Shown here one piece after another: positions 52,237-64,000 of a stretch of DNA of 64,000 bases; position 1 is the stretch's first letter; each line of letters starts with the position of its first letter. The stretch is from Octopus bimaculoides (Eukaryota), in assembly GCF_001194135.2 (NCBI RefSeq), contig NC_068988.1:84629685-84693684 (forward strand), written 5' to 3'. Below the pieces are notes generated by a model. The model worked only from the letters and a program-made list of their open reading frames with translations. It did no database searches and had not been told where the DNA came from. The translations under genes were made by a program, and so were the position numbers.

Positions 52237-53705
52237 ATCATCATCATCATCATCGTTTAATGTCTGCTTTTCATGCAGGCATGGGTCGGACAGTGTAACT
52301 GAAAACTGGTAAACCAGGGGCTGCACCAGGTTCCAATCTGATTTGGCAGGGTTTCTACGGTTGGATGCTCTTCCTAACACCAACCCCTCTGAGAGTGTAG
52401 TGAGTGCTTTTTATGTGCCACAGCATGGGTGTCATTGACCTGACACTGGCATCAGCCATGACTATGGCCTCACTTGGCTTGACAGGTCAACACAAGCACG
52501 GTATATCGCCAAGGGTCTTAGTCACTGCCTCCATGAGGCCCAACACTCGAATTATGCCTTTTATGTGCCATTAGCATGGGTACCAGTCAGATGGCATTGC
52601 CATCGATCATGACTACAATTTCACTTGGTTCAACAGGTCTTCACAAGCACAGCATATCACCCAACAATTGAAGGGTGCTTTTAATGGGCCAGTTACGCAA
52701 CATTGGCATTGGCCACAACTATGATCTCACTTGGCATGACATAACTGCCTCCATGTGGCCCAATGCATGGATGGTGCTTTTTACAGGCAACTGGCACAGG
52801 TGCCAGTCAGATGGCACTGGCATCGGCCAGGACTATGATTTCACTTGGTTCGACAGGTCTTCACAAGCACAGCATATCGCCTGACGACAGAAGGATGCTG
52901 TTAACAGGCTAGTTAAATGACACTGGCATTGGCCATGACTATGATCTCACTTGGCTTGATGGGGCTTCCCAAGCACAGCATATCTCCAAAGGCCTTGGTC
53001 ACTTGTCATTGCCTCTGTGAGGCCCAACATTTGAAGATCATGCTTCACCACCTCATCCCATGTCTTCCTGGGTCTACCTCTTCTACAAGTTTCCTCCACC
53101 ATTAGAGTGCAACACTTCTTCACACAGCTGTCCTCATCCTCACACATCACATAACCATACCAGCACAGTCATCTTTCTTGCACACCACATCTGATGCTTC
53201 TTATGTCCAACGTTTCTCTCAGGATGCTTACACTCTGTCGTGCATGTACACTGACATTACACATCTAGTGGAGCATAGTAGCTTCATTTCTTACAAGCCT
53301 ATGCATGTCCTCAGCAGTCACAGCCCATGTTTCACTGCCATGTAGTATGGCTGTTTGCACACAGNNNNNNNNNNNNNNNNNNNNNNNNNNNNNNNNNNNN
53401 NNNNNNNNNNNNNNNNNNNNNNNNGTAGCTTCATTTCTTACAAGCCTATGCATGTCCTCAGCAGTCACAGCCCATGTTTCACTGCCATGTAGTATGGCTG
53501 TTTGCACACAGACATCATACAGTCTGCCTTTCACTCTGAGCGAGAGGCTCTTTGTTACCAACAAAGGTATGAGCTCTCTGAACTTTAACCAGCCTATTCT
53601 TATTCCAGTAAATATGCTCTCAGAGCATCCACCCCTGCTACTGACTTGGTCACCTAGGTAACGGAAACTATCGACTACTTCTAGCTTTCCCCACTGGCAT
53701 GTGAT
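52237..53705 (-). mobile_element. RTE-type LINE 3' portion (RT C-terminus, tandem-repeat 3' UTR, (GAT)n tail)
   Basis: LEVVDSFRYLGDQV...LSLRVKGRLYDVCVQTAILHGSETW and RRGRPRKTWDEVVKHDL, characteristic of the RTE ORF end; tail at 52237-52253. Confidence 0.9.
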
Positions 53706-53949
53706 GGAATCTATTTTCTGTATATTTATGTAATGTAGTATAATGAAGCGTTGTGGCTGTTTAACCCTAGGTCTGCCCTGATCAAGAAGCTCAATGGTCA
53801 GAAGTACTCCAATCTTGACCATCTCATCATTTATTTGGATGCACTGTATCTAGGATTACATTATCCAGTATGTGCTTCCTTTAAAAATACATTCAGAAGA
53901 ATTAGCAGCTATTTCTAGCAAGCCTAGAGGCACCTTCCTTTGTTTATGT

Positions 53950-54260
53950 AATAATGCAGTGAAGTGATGTAGTGTGTTATAATATTGTATGGTTTGTTAT
54001 GGCCAGATGGGATGTTGTGTGGAGTAGTGTATAGTCTGATGTGGTGTAGTGTAAGTGTAGCATTGAAGTTCAGTGTAGTGAAAGGTAGTGAGGTGTAGTG
54101 GTGTGTGGAGTGGTATTATGTTGCAGTTTGATATGCTATAGAACAGGTTTGTGAAATATATGTGATGTTATTTGGTGCAGTGTAGAATGGTGTAGTGGAA
54201 TACAGTATAGAGTAGTGCAGTGTAGCATGGTGTAGTTTTGTGTAGTGTAGCAAGTACGGA
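53950..54260. repeat. Degenerate (GTGTA)n pentamer repeat
   Basis: Direct reading. Confidence 0.75.
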
Positions 54261-55472
54261 AATGTTTGCATCGACAACTGAATGGCAATGACACACAGAC
54301 TTTGTCTATATTGAGAAAATGTTTTTCGAGGTGGTAAGGGACTGAGCAGTCTGTAACATATTGATTGACTTCTTAGCGTAGCTTCTATCACACAAATGGA
54401 AGCAGCAGGATGATATTTTTTTGCTTGTTTGTTTGTATTTCTTTCAATATATATTTTTTTTTTGGTTTGGCATTTTTTTTTTTCGTTTTTTGTTATTGTT
54501 TCAGTTCTTGATTCATCCAGTTAATCAATTANNNNNNNNNNNNNNNNNNNNNNNNNNNNNNNNNNNNNNNNNNNNNNNNNNNNNNNNNNNNNNNNNNNNN
54601 NNNNNNNNNNNNNNNNNNNNNNNNNNNNNNNNNNNNNNNNNNNNNNNNNNNNNNNNNNNNNNNNNNNNNNNNNNNNNNNNNNNNNNNNNNNNNNNNNNNN
54701 NNNNNNNNNNNNNNNNNNNNNNNNNNNNNNNNNNNNNNNNNNNNNNNNNNNNNNNNNNNNNNNNNNNNNNNNNNNNNNNNNNNNNNNNNNNNNNNNNNNN
54801 NNNNNNNNNNNNNNNNNNNNNNNNNNNNNNNNNNNNNNNNNNNNNNNNNNNNNNNNNNNNNNNNNNNNNNNNNNNNNNNNNNNNNNNNNNNNNNNNNNNN
54901 NNNNNNNNNNNNNNNNNNNNNNNNNNNNNNNNNNNNNNNNNNNNNNNNNNNNNNNNNNNNNNNNNNNNNNNNNNNNNNNNNNNNNNNNNNNNNNNNNNNN
55001 NNNNNNNNNNNNNNNNNNNNNNNNNNNNNNNNNNNNNNNNNNNNNNNNNNNNNNNNNNNNNNNNNNNNNNNNNNNNNNNNNNNNNNNNNNNNNNNNNNNN
55101 NNNNNNNNNNNNNNNNNNNNNNNNNNNNNNNNNNNNNNNNNNNNNNNNNNNNNNNNNNNNNNNNNNNNNNNNNNNNNNNNNNNNNNNNNNNNNNNNNNNN
55201 NNNNNNNNNNNNNNNNNNNNNNNNNNNNNNNNNNNNNNNNNNNNNNNNNNNNNNNNNNNNNNNNNNNNNNNNNNNNNNNNNNNNNNNNNNNNNNNNNNNN
55301 NNNNNNNNNNNNNNNNNNNNNNNNNNNNNNNNNNNNNNNNNNNNNNNNNNNNNNNNNNNNNNNNNNNNNNNNNNNNNNNNNNNNNNNNNNNNNNNNNNNN
55401 NNNNNNNNNNNNNNNNNNNNNNNNNNNNNNNNNNNNNNNNNNNNNNNNNNNNNNNNNNNNNNNNNNNNNNNN

Positions 55473-58290
55473 GAGAGAGAGAGAGAGAGAGAGAGTAGAA
55501 AGTGGAGATTAAATGGAGTAGCAAGACAGAATAATTAATGTGGAAAAAGTAGCGACAGAAGATTAAAGGTGAATAAAGGGAATAAGAAAGTAAATGGGAA
55601 GAAAAACTAGTGAGTAAATGGAGAGAGAAACTAGAGAAGAAATGAAGAGTAAATAAAGAGGTAAACTAGAGGGGAAGTGGAGAGTAAATGAGGAGAAAAA
55701 CCAAAGGGTGAAATAGAGAGAAAATAGGGAGAGAAAATAGAGCAAAATAGAGAGTAAATAAAAAGAGAAATTAGAAAGTGAATGCGCAGTAAATAGAGAG
55801 AGAAATTTGAAGGGAAATGGAAAGTAAATGGAGAGAGAAACAAGAAAGGAAACAGTAAAAAAAGAGAAAAACTGGAGAAGAAAAAGAGAGGAAATGAGGA
55901 GGGAAACTAGAAAGGAAATAGAGGGAGAGACTAGAAGGGAAGTGGAGAAAAAATGATGAGAGACACTGTGGGGAAATGTAGAGTAGATAAGGAAAGAGAT
56001 TAGAAGGGTAATGGAAAGAATATAGGGCAAGATATGAGGGTAAATGGAGAATAAATGTGGAGAAAAAGCTGAGGTGAAGCATTGAATAAATAAGGAGAGA
56101 AATGAAAAAGGAAATGGAAAGTGAATGTGAGAGAAACTAGAAGAGAAATTGAGAGTAGAAAGAGAAAGAAGAGAAGAAATGGGGAGAAAGAAGAGAGAAA
56201 AGAAGAGCAAATTGGGAGAGAAACCACAAGGGAAATGAAGAGAAGAAAGAGAAAGTAGAGGGGTAATAGAGAGAGCAAATGACAATTGTAATAAGAGCAG
56301 AAATGAAGAGAAAATTAGAGAAAAAAAGCAAAGAGAGAAACTAGAGAAGATATGGAGAATAAATAGGGGGAGAGAGTTGAGGGTAAATAGAGAGTCAATA
56401 GAGGGGAAATTGAGTGTAAATGGGGAAAGGAAATACTAGGGAAATCAAGAGAAAATGGGGAAAGAAATTAGAGGGGACATGGACAGAAATGGAGAGGAAA
56501 TATAGAGAGAAACTAGAGAAAATGGGAAATACACAGGAAGAGAAACTGGAAAGGAAACAGAGAGTAAATGGAGAGAGAGAAACTAAAAATGAAATACAGA
56601 GTAAAGAAGAAAAGAAACTAGAGGAGAAATGATAAGTGAAAGGAGAGAGTAACAAGAAAGGAAATAGAGAGTAAGTAGGGAGAAAAACTAGTGGAGAAAT
56701 GGAGAGTAAGAATGGAGAAAGAAACTAGAGAGGAAATAGAGAGTAAATAGAGAGAAAAACTAGTGGAGAAATGGAGAGTAAATAAGGATAAACACTAAAG
56801 AAGAAATAAGAGGGGAAATGGAGAGAAATTAGAGGGCAAGTGGAGTCAAAATAGGGAGAGAAGTTCAAACGGAAATTGAGGGTAAATGGAGTGAGGAACT
56901 AAAAAGATGGACAGAAAAACAAGTGGGGAAATGAAAGTAAATGAGGAGAGAAACTTAAGAGAAAAGGCAAAGTAAATACAGAGAGAAACTAGAAATGGAA
57001 AGTAAGTGCAGAAAGAAACCACAGATGTAGTAGTGAGTAAATGGGGAAAGGTGAGAGAAGAAATGGTGAGTAAGTGTGGAGAATAGAGGGGGAATGGAAG
57101 GGTAAATATGAAGAGAAACTCGAAGGGAAAGGGAGAGTAAATTGGGAGAGAAATGAAATGAGGAAATGGAAGGGAGAGAAATTAGAAGAGGAAATGGAGA
57201 GAGAAACTAAAAGAGCAATGGAGAATAAATTGAAACTAGAGGGGAAATGGAGAGTTCATGGGGATAGATGGTAAAGAGAAAATAAAAAGTAAATAGAGAG
57301 AGAAAAGAAAGGGCAAATGGATAATATATGGAGAGAGAACCCAGAGAAAAAGTGTAGAGTAACTGGGGAGAGAAGCTAGTGGGGAAATGGGCTCTAAATA
57401 GAAAGAGGAGTTAAAGGGGAAATAGAGAGTATGTGGAGAAAAAATAGAAGGAAAATGGAGAATAAATGTAGGGACTAGAAGGAAATAAGGAGAGAAATAA
57501 GAGGGCAAATGGAGAATATATGGAGAGAGAAACTAGATGGAAAATGAAGAGTAACTAGAGAGAGAACTTAGAGGGGAAGCTAAGAACAAGTGGGAAGAAA
57601 AGCCAGAGGGGAAAATGTAGAGTAAATAAGGAGAGAAGTGAGAGGGTGAATGGAGAATATNNNNNNNNNNNNNNNNNNNNNNNNNNNNNNNNNNNNNNNN
57701 NNNNNNNNNNNNNNNNNNNNNNNNNNNNNNNNNNNNNNNNNNNNNNNNNNNNNNNNNNNNNNNNNNNNNNNNNNNNNNNNNNNNNNNNNNNNNNNNNNNN
57801 NNNNNNNNNNNNNNNNNNNNNNNNNNNNNNNNNNNNNNNNNNNNNNNNNNNNNNNNNNNNNNNNNNNNNNNNNNNNNNNNNNNNNNNNNNNNNNNNNNNN
57901 NNNNNNAAGAACAAGTGGGAAGAAAAGCCAGAGGGGAAAATGTAGAGTAAATAAGGAGAGAAGTGAGAGGGTGAATGGAGAATAAATGGAGAGAGAAACT
58001 AGATGGAAAATGAAGAGTAACTAGAGAGAGAACTTAGAGGGGAAGTAAAGAACAAGTGGGAAGAAAAGCCAGAGGGGAAAATGTAGAGTAAATAAGGAGA
58101 GAAGTGAGAGGGTGAATGGAGAATATATGGAGAGAGAAACCAGGGTAGAAACTTGAAAAGAAATGGAGAGTAAGTTTGGAGAGACACTAGAGGGGAATTG
58201 GGGAGGGAAACTAGATGGGAAATAGAGAGAAAATGAAAAGAGAAGGTAGAGGGAGAAATGGAAAGAAAATTTCGAGAGAACCTAGAGGAG
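55473..58290. repeat. About 2.8 kb purine-rich degenerate minisatellite (GAGAGAAACTAGAGG / AGTAAATGG motifs) with a 141-bp higher-order unit at its right end
   Basis: Plus strand is overwhelmingly A/G; the AAGAACAAGTGGG... unit starts at 57582, 57907 and 58048. Confidence 0.9.
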
Positions 58291-59494
58291 AAATGTTTAA
58301 CACAATTATTTGTTGTCTGTCTGTGTATCGCCCACTCCATCTTTGACACTCTTACATTTTGAGTCGCTATCTCTCTTAATATCTATGTTTCTATACTTCT
58401 GTCTTACCATCTTTACCTTCCTCTCTTTGTCTCTGTTTTCCATTGCCTTCCATATACTACCACTCTTTCTTTCTGCCCCTTCATCACTCACTTCATTATC
58501 TTCCCTTAAACCACACACAATTACACTCTCTTTCTTGGCTACCAGTCAATCACTTATACTACTCAGTCACACTGTCTGTCTGTCTGTTTATCTCTCTCTC
58601 TCTGCCTGCCAATTAATCTCTCTTTACCTCTCAGTTTCCTTGCCTAGCTTTCAGTCACACTGTCTTTCATTTTTATAAGATGGCAGTATTTGTCTCTTAA
58701 TTTCTCTTTTGTTGCACTTGTTGAATCTAACTTTCCCTTATCACTTGTTACGGCTTTGATTATGAGGATGATGATTATGATAATGGAAGTTGTGGTGATC
58801 ATTGTGACAGTGTATGACGACAATACCTACAGTGAAATTTATGTGAATTGTTGATGATGGCAATAATGATGATGATTATGATGAAGGCAATGATGACAGT
58901 GATGACAGTCATAAGCAACAGCCTTGATGATGGAGGTGGTGAAGTGATGCTGATGATGATTATGAAGACAACAGTACTGAAAATCTATTTGAGATTCCCC
59001 CTGGCTTACCAGAATTTCTTTAAATACAATATTTCTCATAGATATGTAAAAAAAAAAAATTAATATAGTGTACAAAGTCAACTATTTCAATGAAAGAAAG
59101 AACTCAATGCATTTATAGAGTAACCATTTTATTGAGTGTACTGGAAAGGTCAATGGCTCACAGGAACTTGTAGTTCTATCTTGGACTGTCTCAGTTTGAA
59201 GGTTCCAACAACTANNNNNNNNNNNNNNNNNNNNNNNNNNNNNNNNNNNNNNNNNNNNNNNNNNNNNNNNNNNNNNNNNNNNNNNNNNNNNNNNNNNNNN
59301 NNNNNNNNNNNNNNNNNNNNNNNNNNNNNNNNNNNNNNNNNNNNNNNNNNNNNNNNNNNNNNNNNNNNNNNNNNNNNNNNNNNNNNNNNNNNNNNNNNNN
59401 NNNNNNNNNNNNNNNNNNNNNNNNNNNNNNNNNNNNNNNNNNNNNNNNNNNNNNNNNNNNNNNNNNNNNNNNNNNNNNNNNNNNNNNNNNNNNN

Positions 59495-59525
<31 letters not shown>

Positions 59526-59591
59526 ACACACACATATATTAAATTTATATATATATTTGTGTATATATATATGTGTGTGTGTATATATATT

Positions 59592-59629
<38 letters not shown>

Positions 59630-59779
59630 GCACAGACATGCAAGAAGTAAATAGACATCTTTAATTTTCAAAATTTCTGCTCTAAGCGTCTTAATATGTT
59701 TTCAGCAGTGTAGAATTTACAATGTAATTATTCATTCCTGGTGCCATTATATTAAACATTTGCGAAGAGTAACAATGCC

Positions 59780-60160
59780 ACACACAAAAAATTCAGCAGA
59801 ACTGTCAGATTTTCAAAGAGGTAGTATTGTTGGGCATCTGAAGCTGGTCTTAGCCAGTGAAACATTTCTGAAAATCTTCAAACTCCTCTTGCTACTGTTA
59901 ATAGAATAATAGTGCAATTCAAAAGCCAAGGAAAAGAATCAACAGATTCTCATCCTGGCCATCCTGGGACCTCGGAAAGGAAGCTTTGCTGTTTGAAGAG
60001 AATTGTGGAAAACAAATCCCGTTCGAAAGCTTCTGACATTGCAAAATAGCTAGAAGTTAGTCCAAGAACGTGTGTTACATATCTGCATAAGCTTGGGTAT
60101 TATGGATGAACAGCTAGAAGAAAACCTCTCCTTCAACCAATTAATATCAAAAGATTTTGA
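59780..60160 (+). mobile_element. Tc1-like transposase N-terminal fragment
   Basis: ELSDFQRGSIVG...[10 protein letters not shown]...YLHKLGYYG*TARRKPLL (Tc1/Tc3 HTH region) with stops. Confidence 0.75.
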
Positions 60161-60569
60161 AAATTAAAGGTGTCTATTTACTTCCTGGATGTCTGTGTAT
60201 ATACATATACAGGGGGTTTGGGCTAAATTTCATGATCTTTCATATCTCTTGTTTTCTTTTTTAGCAAAAGCTTGATATATTGGCAAACAGTCAATGGTAT
60301 TGGAGAGTATAAAGATTAAAGGTGTAGCTGAGAAAAAGCAAGCTGATATGGAGGACTGGATATCACATGAATATTGGAAAAGAGTTACCTGTATCATGAT
60401 GATTCATGCTGGTATCATAATGACAACTAGTATCATGGCTGCTGTTCAATGCTCTGTGAACAATATAAAGGCTGTAAGACATGATATGGAGAGCTGCAAT
60501 GGAGACTACGAAGCTGTGATCAGCAGGAAGGGACATAGGAAGCATTCTCACTGCATCTCACACTGGAAT

Positions 60570-60810
60570 TCATCCAACAACTGATGAACAGGGCCTTAAG
60601 CTATATGAGGCTGCTGGAGACTGGAGTCAAATCCTGGCAGGAGAGAGTTGCCACTGGGAAGGCCATATGTGTGACAGCAGGATTCAGCTCCTTGCCATAC
60701 CTCTGGAAAAAGTCAGAAGTGGTTGTTGGAGAATTTCTACGACTTAATCAACCCCAATTTTTCCTAATTATGCCTCCTAATTGTGATGATTTTAACCCCA
60801 TGGATTACTG
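60570..60810 (+). mobile_element. Tc1/mariner DDE catalytic-domain fragment
   Basis: GRPYV*QQDSAPCHTSGKSQKWL...[12 protein letters not shown] (cf. QQDxAPxH...WPPNSPDLNPxDY). Confidence 0.8.
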
Positions 60811-60837
60811 TGTATATATATGTGTGTGTGTGATATG

Positions 60838-60941
<104 letters not shown>

Positions 60942-61149
60942 CATACATACACATACACACACATATATAATACAATTAGGTGTGCTAGCAAGGTGGTGGT
61001 AGCATGGTGGGGAGCTGACTGTGTATGCATATATATGTACCAGGATGCTTGTCTCAACAACCCAAAGAAGTATAAAAGTTATAGTTGTAAATAAAAAAAC
61101 TAAATTAGAATAACCTATACACATACTGATATAATATAACAGAGAAATA

Positions 61150-61790
61150 AAAGATAAAAAATTAGGAAAGAGTACCGCAGAAGAGAACTCACTGTTAGCA
61201 ATAAAAAGATGTGTATAAATCCACTAGCTATCCTTATTATAAACTACAACTTCAACATAATAAACTAGAAGTTAAGTGAATTTTAAAAGAATATCCAGGA
61301 AACTACTAACAGCATTCTGAAGACACCACTTCAGAATTGACACAGATAGAACATACCTATTCTACATACAATGAGGGTGGTATCTGACAGAAATAGAAAA
61401 CTACCACAAAGTAATAACAGTGGGATTACAAAATACTTAGATACAAGCAAATAGAAAGTGACTAGTATAATAAGTAAACATGAAAAAGAAGAAACAAAAT
61501 TATTTTCTCTCTATATTATGTATGTAAGGAAATAATAAATTACAAGCTGGAAGCTAAATACACTGGAACAAAGGTTTAGATAAGTATAAAACAATACATT
61601 GAAATAAAAATGGAGAGAAAAGACCCACTCCATGTCCAATACTGCTAGTTCAATAGAAAGAGGTAAGTAAGAATAAAAACCAACAATAACTTGAAAGCTC
61701 TGGGCTAAAAGCAGAAGCACAAGGTCTTATACTAGCTGCACAGGGTCAATGGCTAGCCACAAATAATTACAAAAATAAAATAATGAATAT
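61150..61790 (+). mobile_element. Second R4/Dong-like non-LTR fragment
   Basis: DRTYL (cf. DRLYLPRxxGGRGL) and LESSGLKAEAQGLILAAQGQWLATNNY (cf. LKxETEGLIIAAQDQ). Confidence 0.55.
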
Positions 61791-62226
61791 TATTTTAATG
61801 ACCATGCAAGGGATGGTGTGAAAGAATGAGTGTATATGTGTTACTTATTAGTGAGATGTGAATTCCATAAACTGCTTCATAAGGTTAGCCTTCTACAAGG
61901 GAAAGAGCTATAAACAGGAACTGATACAGGATAGAATGAACTATTTTGTCTTGCATAGTACAATCTCTGATGTGTCAGTGGCATCATCAAGCACACCAAG
62001 TTTGCATTGTAAGGGTTGCACAATAAGAAAATTGGTTAGGTTCCCTGTTGCTTTGTATTAAGAGATATGTACTGTGATGATCCAACCAATCTAGGCCAAT
62101 AGTGAAAAATGGATGTGAAGATGATGAGAAGGAAGAGGATGATAATGATACTAATATCAAAATGCAGACTAGGCATAGTACATTGAGACAAACAACAACA
62201 TCATTTCAAATCCAAGTCAGCAGCTA

Positions 62227-63098
62227 TGAGGTGTTTTCAGAAAGTATCCAACTTATTTTTTCCTGCCAAAACTAATACTGTGAAGTCAAACTCCTTTGAG
62301 TGGGAAGTGACACCACCCTTCCTGCTTATGCTTGAAAATTTTTGTACCTGTAGGCTGCATCAGTTCCTGTCTCTTACACCTAGAGTACAGACATGTAGTG
62401 CATGCTCATTGGATTTTTGTTTTCAAACAAGATGACAGAATCAAGCAGACACCATAAACTCATGTCTCATCACCATGACTGTCTTCATGGAGTCTATGCC
62501 ATGGTTTGCACAGTCCAGTATGCATTGAATGATTTCCATGCAGAGTTGCGTTTGTTACTCTGCCAGCACCTTGGGGATAAATTTCACCAACATTCCCCTC
62601 GTGCATAAATTCTTCATTAAAATGGAATGCACTGATCCTGTGCTTATTCCCACTTCATGAGCAATTTCCTGTATTGCTACACAATGGTCTTCCTTGACTA
62701 TTCGTTGAACCTTCTTAATCAGCTCTTTGTTTTGGCTTGTCAATTGCCTGCCTGAGTGTACCTCGCTATCTACCGAGGTGTGGCCATGCTTGAAATGGTT
62801 GTATCACCCCTTTATCTGAGTTTTTCCCATTGTATCATTACCAAAGGCCTGCTGGATCTTCTGGATTGTTTGAGCTTGAGTATCACTAAGCTTTTGACAA
62901 AACTTGATGCAGTCTCTGCTCAATGTATTCAGTGAAAACGAAAATCCAACTACTGTGCACTACATGTTTGTACTCTAGGAGTAATGGCTGAGAACTGATG
63001 CAGCTTACTGGCATGAAATTTTTTATGAATGCACAAGAAGGATGGCATTAGTTTTGGCAGGAAAAAATAAAGTCAGATACCTTTTGAACAAATTTCAG
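62227..63098 (-). mobile_element. Internally deleted mariner element with TIRs
   Basis: Left end TA|TGAGGTGTTTTCAGAAAGTATCCAACTTATTTTTTCCTGCCAAAACTAAT matches the reverse complement of the right end; interior KKVQRIVKEDHCVAIQEIAHEVGISTGSVHSIL...KFIPKVL. Confidence 0.85.
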
Positions 63099-63169
63099 AT
63101 GTCTACTGGGCAGTATGGTGACATTTTGATGTGAAAACAGAAGCTAGCTTGTTTATGATGGCCCATCAA

Positions 63170-63505
63170 AGGTGATGACAACATATATCCAGGACATTCA
63201 TCCTCCTCCACCTACAACACATTGCTTCTCATAGGAGCGAACATAGCTGACATGACTGACACAAGATAGACAGATCCTGTGGCATTGTGGGCACTGAAAA
63301 TGACCCTGAACAACATCCACAGGGGTTTGACGATAATGTCTTCTCTTCTCTTCATGGAAACATGTCTGGTGATGGGGAAACATTGCCTAATTCAGAAAGA
63401 AATAAGGGTTGGCAATAAGGGCATCCAACCATAAAAAAATCTACCTCAACAAATTCCTTCTGATCCATGCAGGCATGGAAAAGTGGACATTAAAACAATG
63501 ATGCT
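63170..63505 (+). mobile_element. RTE-type LINE 3' end fragment
   Basis: ggcaataagggcatccaacc...ccatgcaggcatggaaaagtggacattaaaacaatgatg. Confidence 0.6.
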
Positions 63506-63918
63506 TCATAACTATAGGTATGAAATGATTAATGATTGAAATTTGATGTTTGTGTTTAGACATAATGGGCATATTACACTAATGTTTTGCTCCTGCTCCT
63601 TGTGAATTAAGTATCACACAGTGTTTATGTTTTCGTTGCTGTTGATACCACTGGTTTGAATGTGTCAAAACAATAATGAATCTGTTGGACAGCTGATGAT
63701 GGGAGCATATGTTTGATATGCTTGTTGTCTGGGAATCTTTTACATTTTTGTTGTTCTAAGTTGTCCTTCATTATTGTAAGGTTGAACTTGTTTTATAGTG
63801 GTTTCGTTGTTTGTATTATAACATACATTGATACTATACGATTGTATATCATTGGGAACCTAATTATGACTAAAGTAATACTTATTTCAGGGTTTCTAAT
63901 TTAGGGAGATTTTGTTCC

Positions 63919-63949
<31 letters not shown>

Positions 63950-64000
63950 CATGAATGTATGTATGCATGTATGTATGTATGCATGTATGTATGCATATGT

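Noticed and set aside
53278-53511. 87-bp exact direct repeat flanking a 60-N gap in the RTE ORF
   Set aside because: Identical sequence on both sides of a gap is the typical signature of unmerged overlapping contig ends, so it is most likely an assembly artefact
55563-57508. Long F/L/S-rich and E/K/G-rich ORFs
   Set aside because: Stop-poor by-products of the purine-rich minisatellite

Overview
AT-rich, repeat-dense animal genomic DNA. The SINE, RTE and microsatellite landscape is characteristic of Octopus (organism inferred, not given). The draft assembly has 7 N-gaps. One protein-coding gene is clearly supported: the last seven coding exons (675-21095, + strand, all GT-AG, frame continuous, 261 aa + stop) of a receptor-type protein tyrosine phosphatase. 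They encode a C-terminal D2-type PTP domain with pseudophosphatase substitutions; the 5' part of the gene lies upstream of the window. Most of the rest is transposon debris: tRNA-derived SINEs, RTE, CR1/L2, R4/Dong-like and probably Penelope-like retroelements, and Tc1/mariner elements and MITEs. Nearly all other ORFs in the supplied track are spurious or TE-derived. The most interesting unexplained signals are two compact CpG-rich islands. One lies inside a PTP intron (6151-6460) and one is orphan (39636-39900). They share an ordered, similarly spaced NRF1-like / AGTCCC-NRF1-like / YY1-like / CACTACA motif arrangement in opposite orientations. Other notable items are an outward-facing telomeric-repeat palindrome (7802-7883) and a Tc1-like element whose long TIRs are identical internally but diverged externally (14291-14822).
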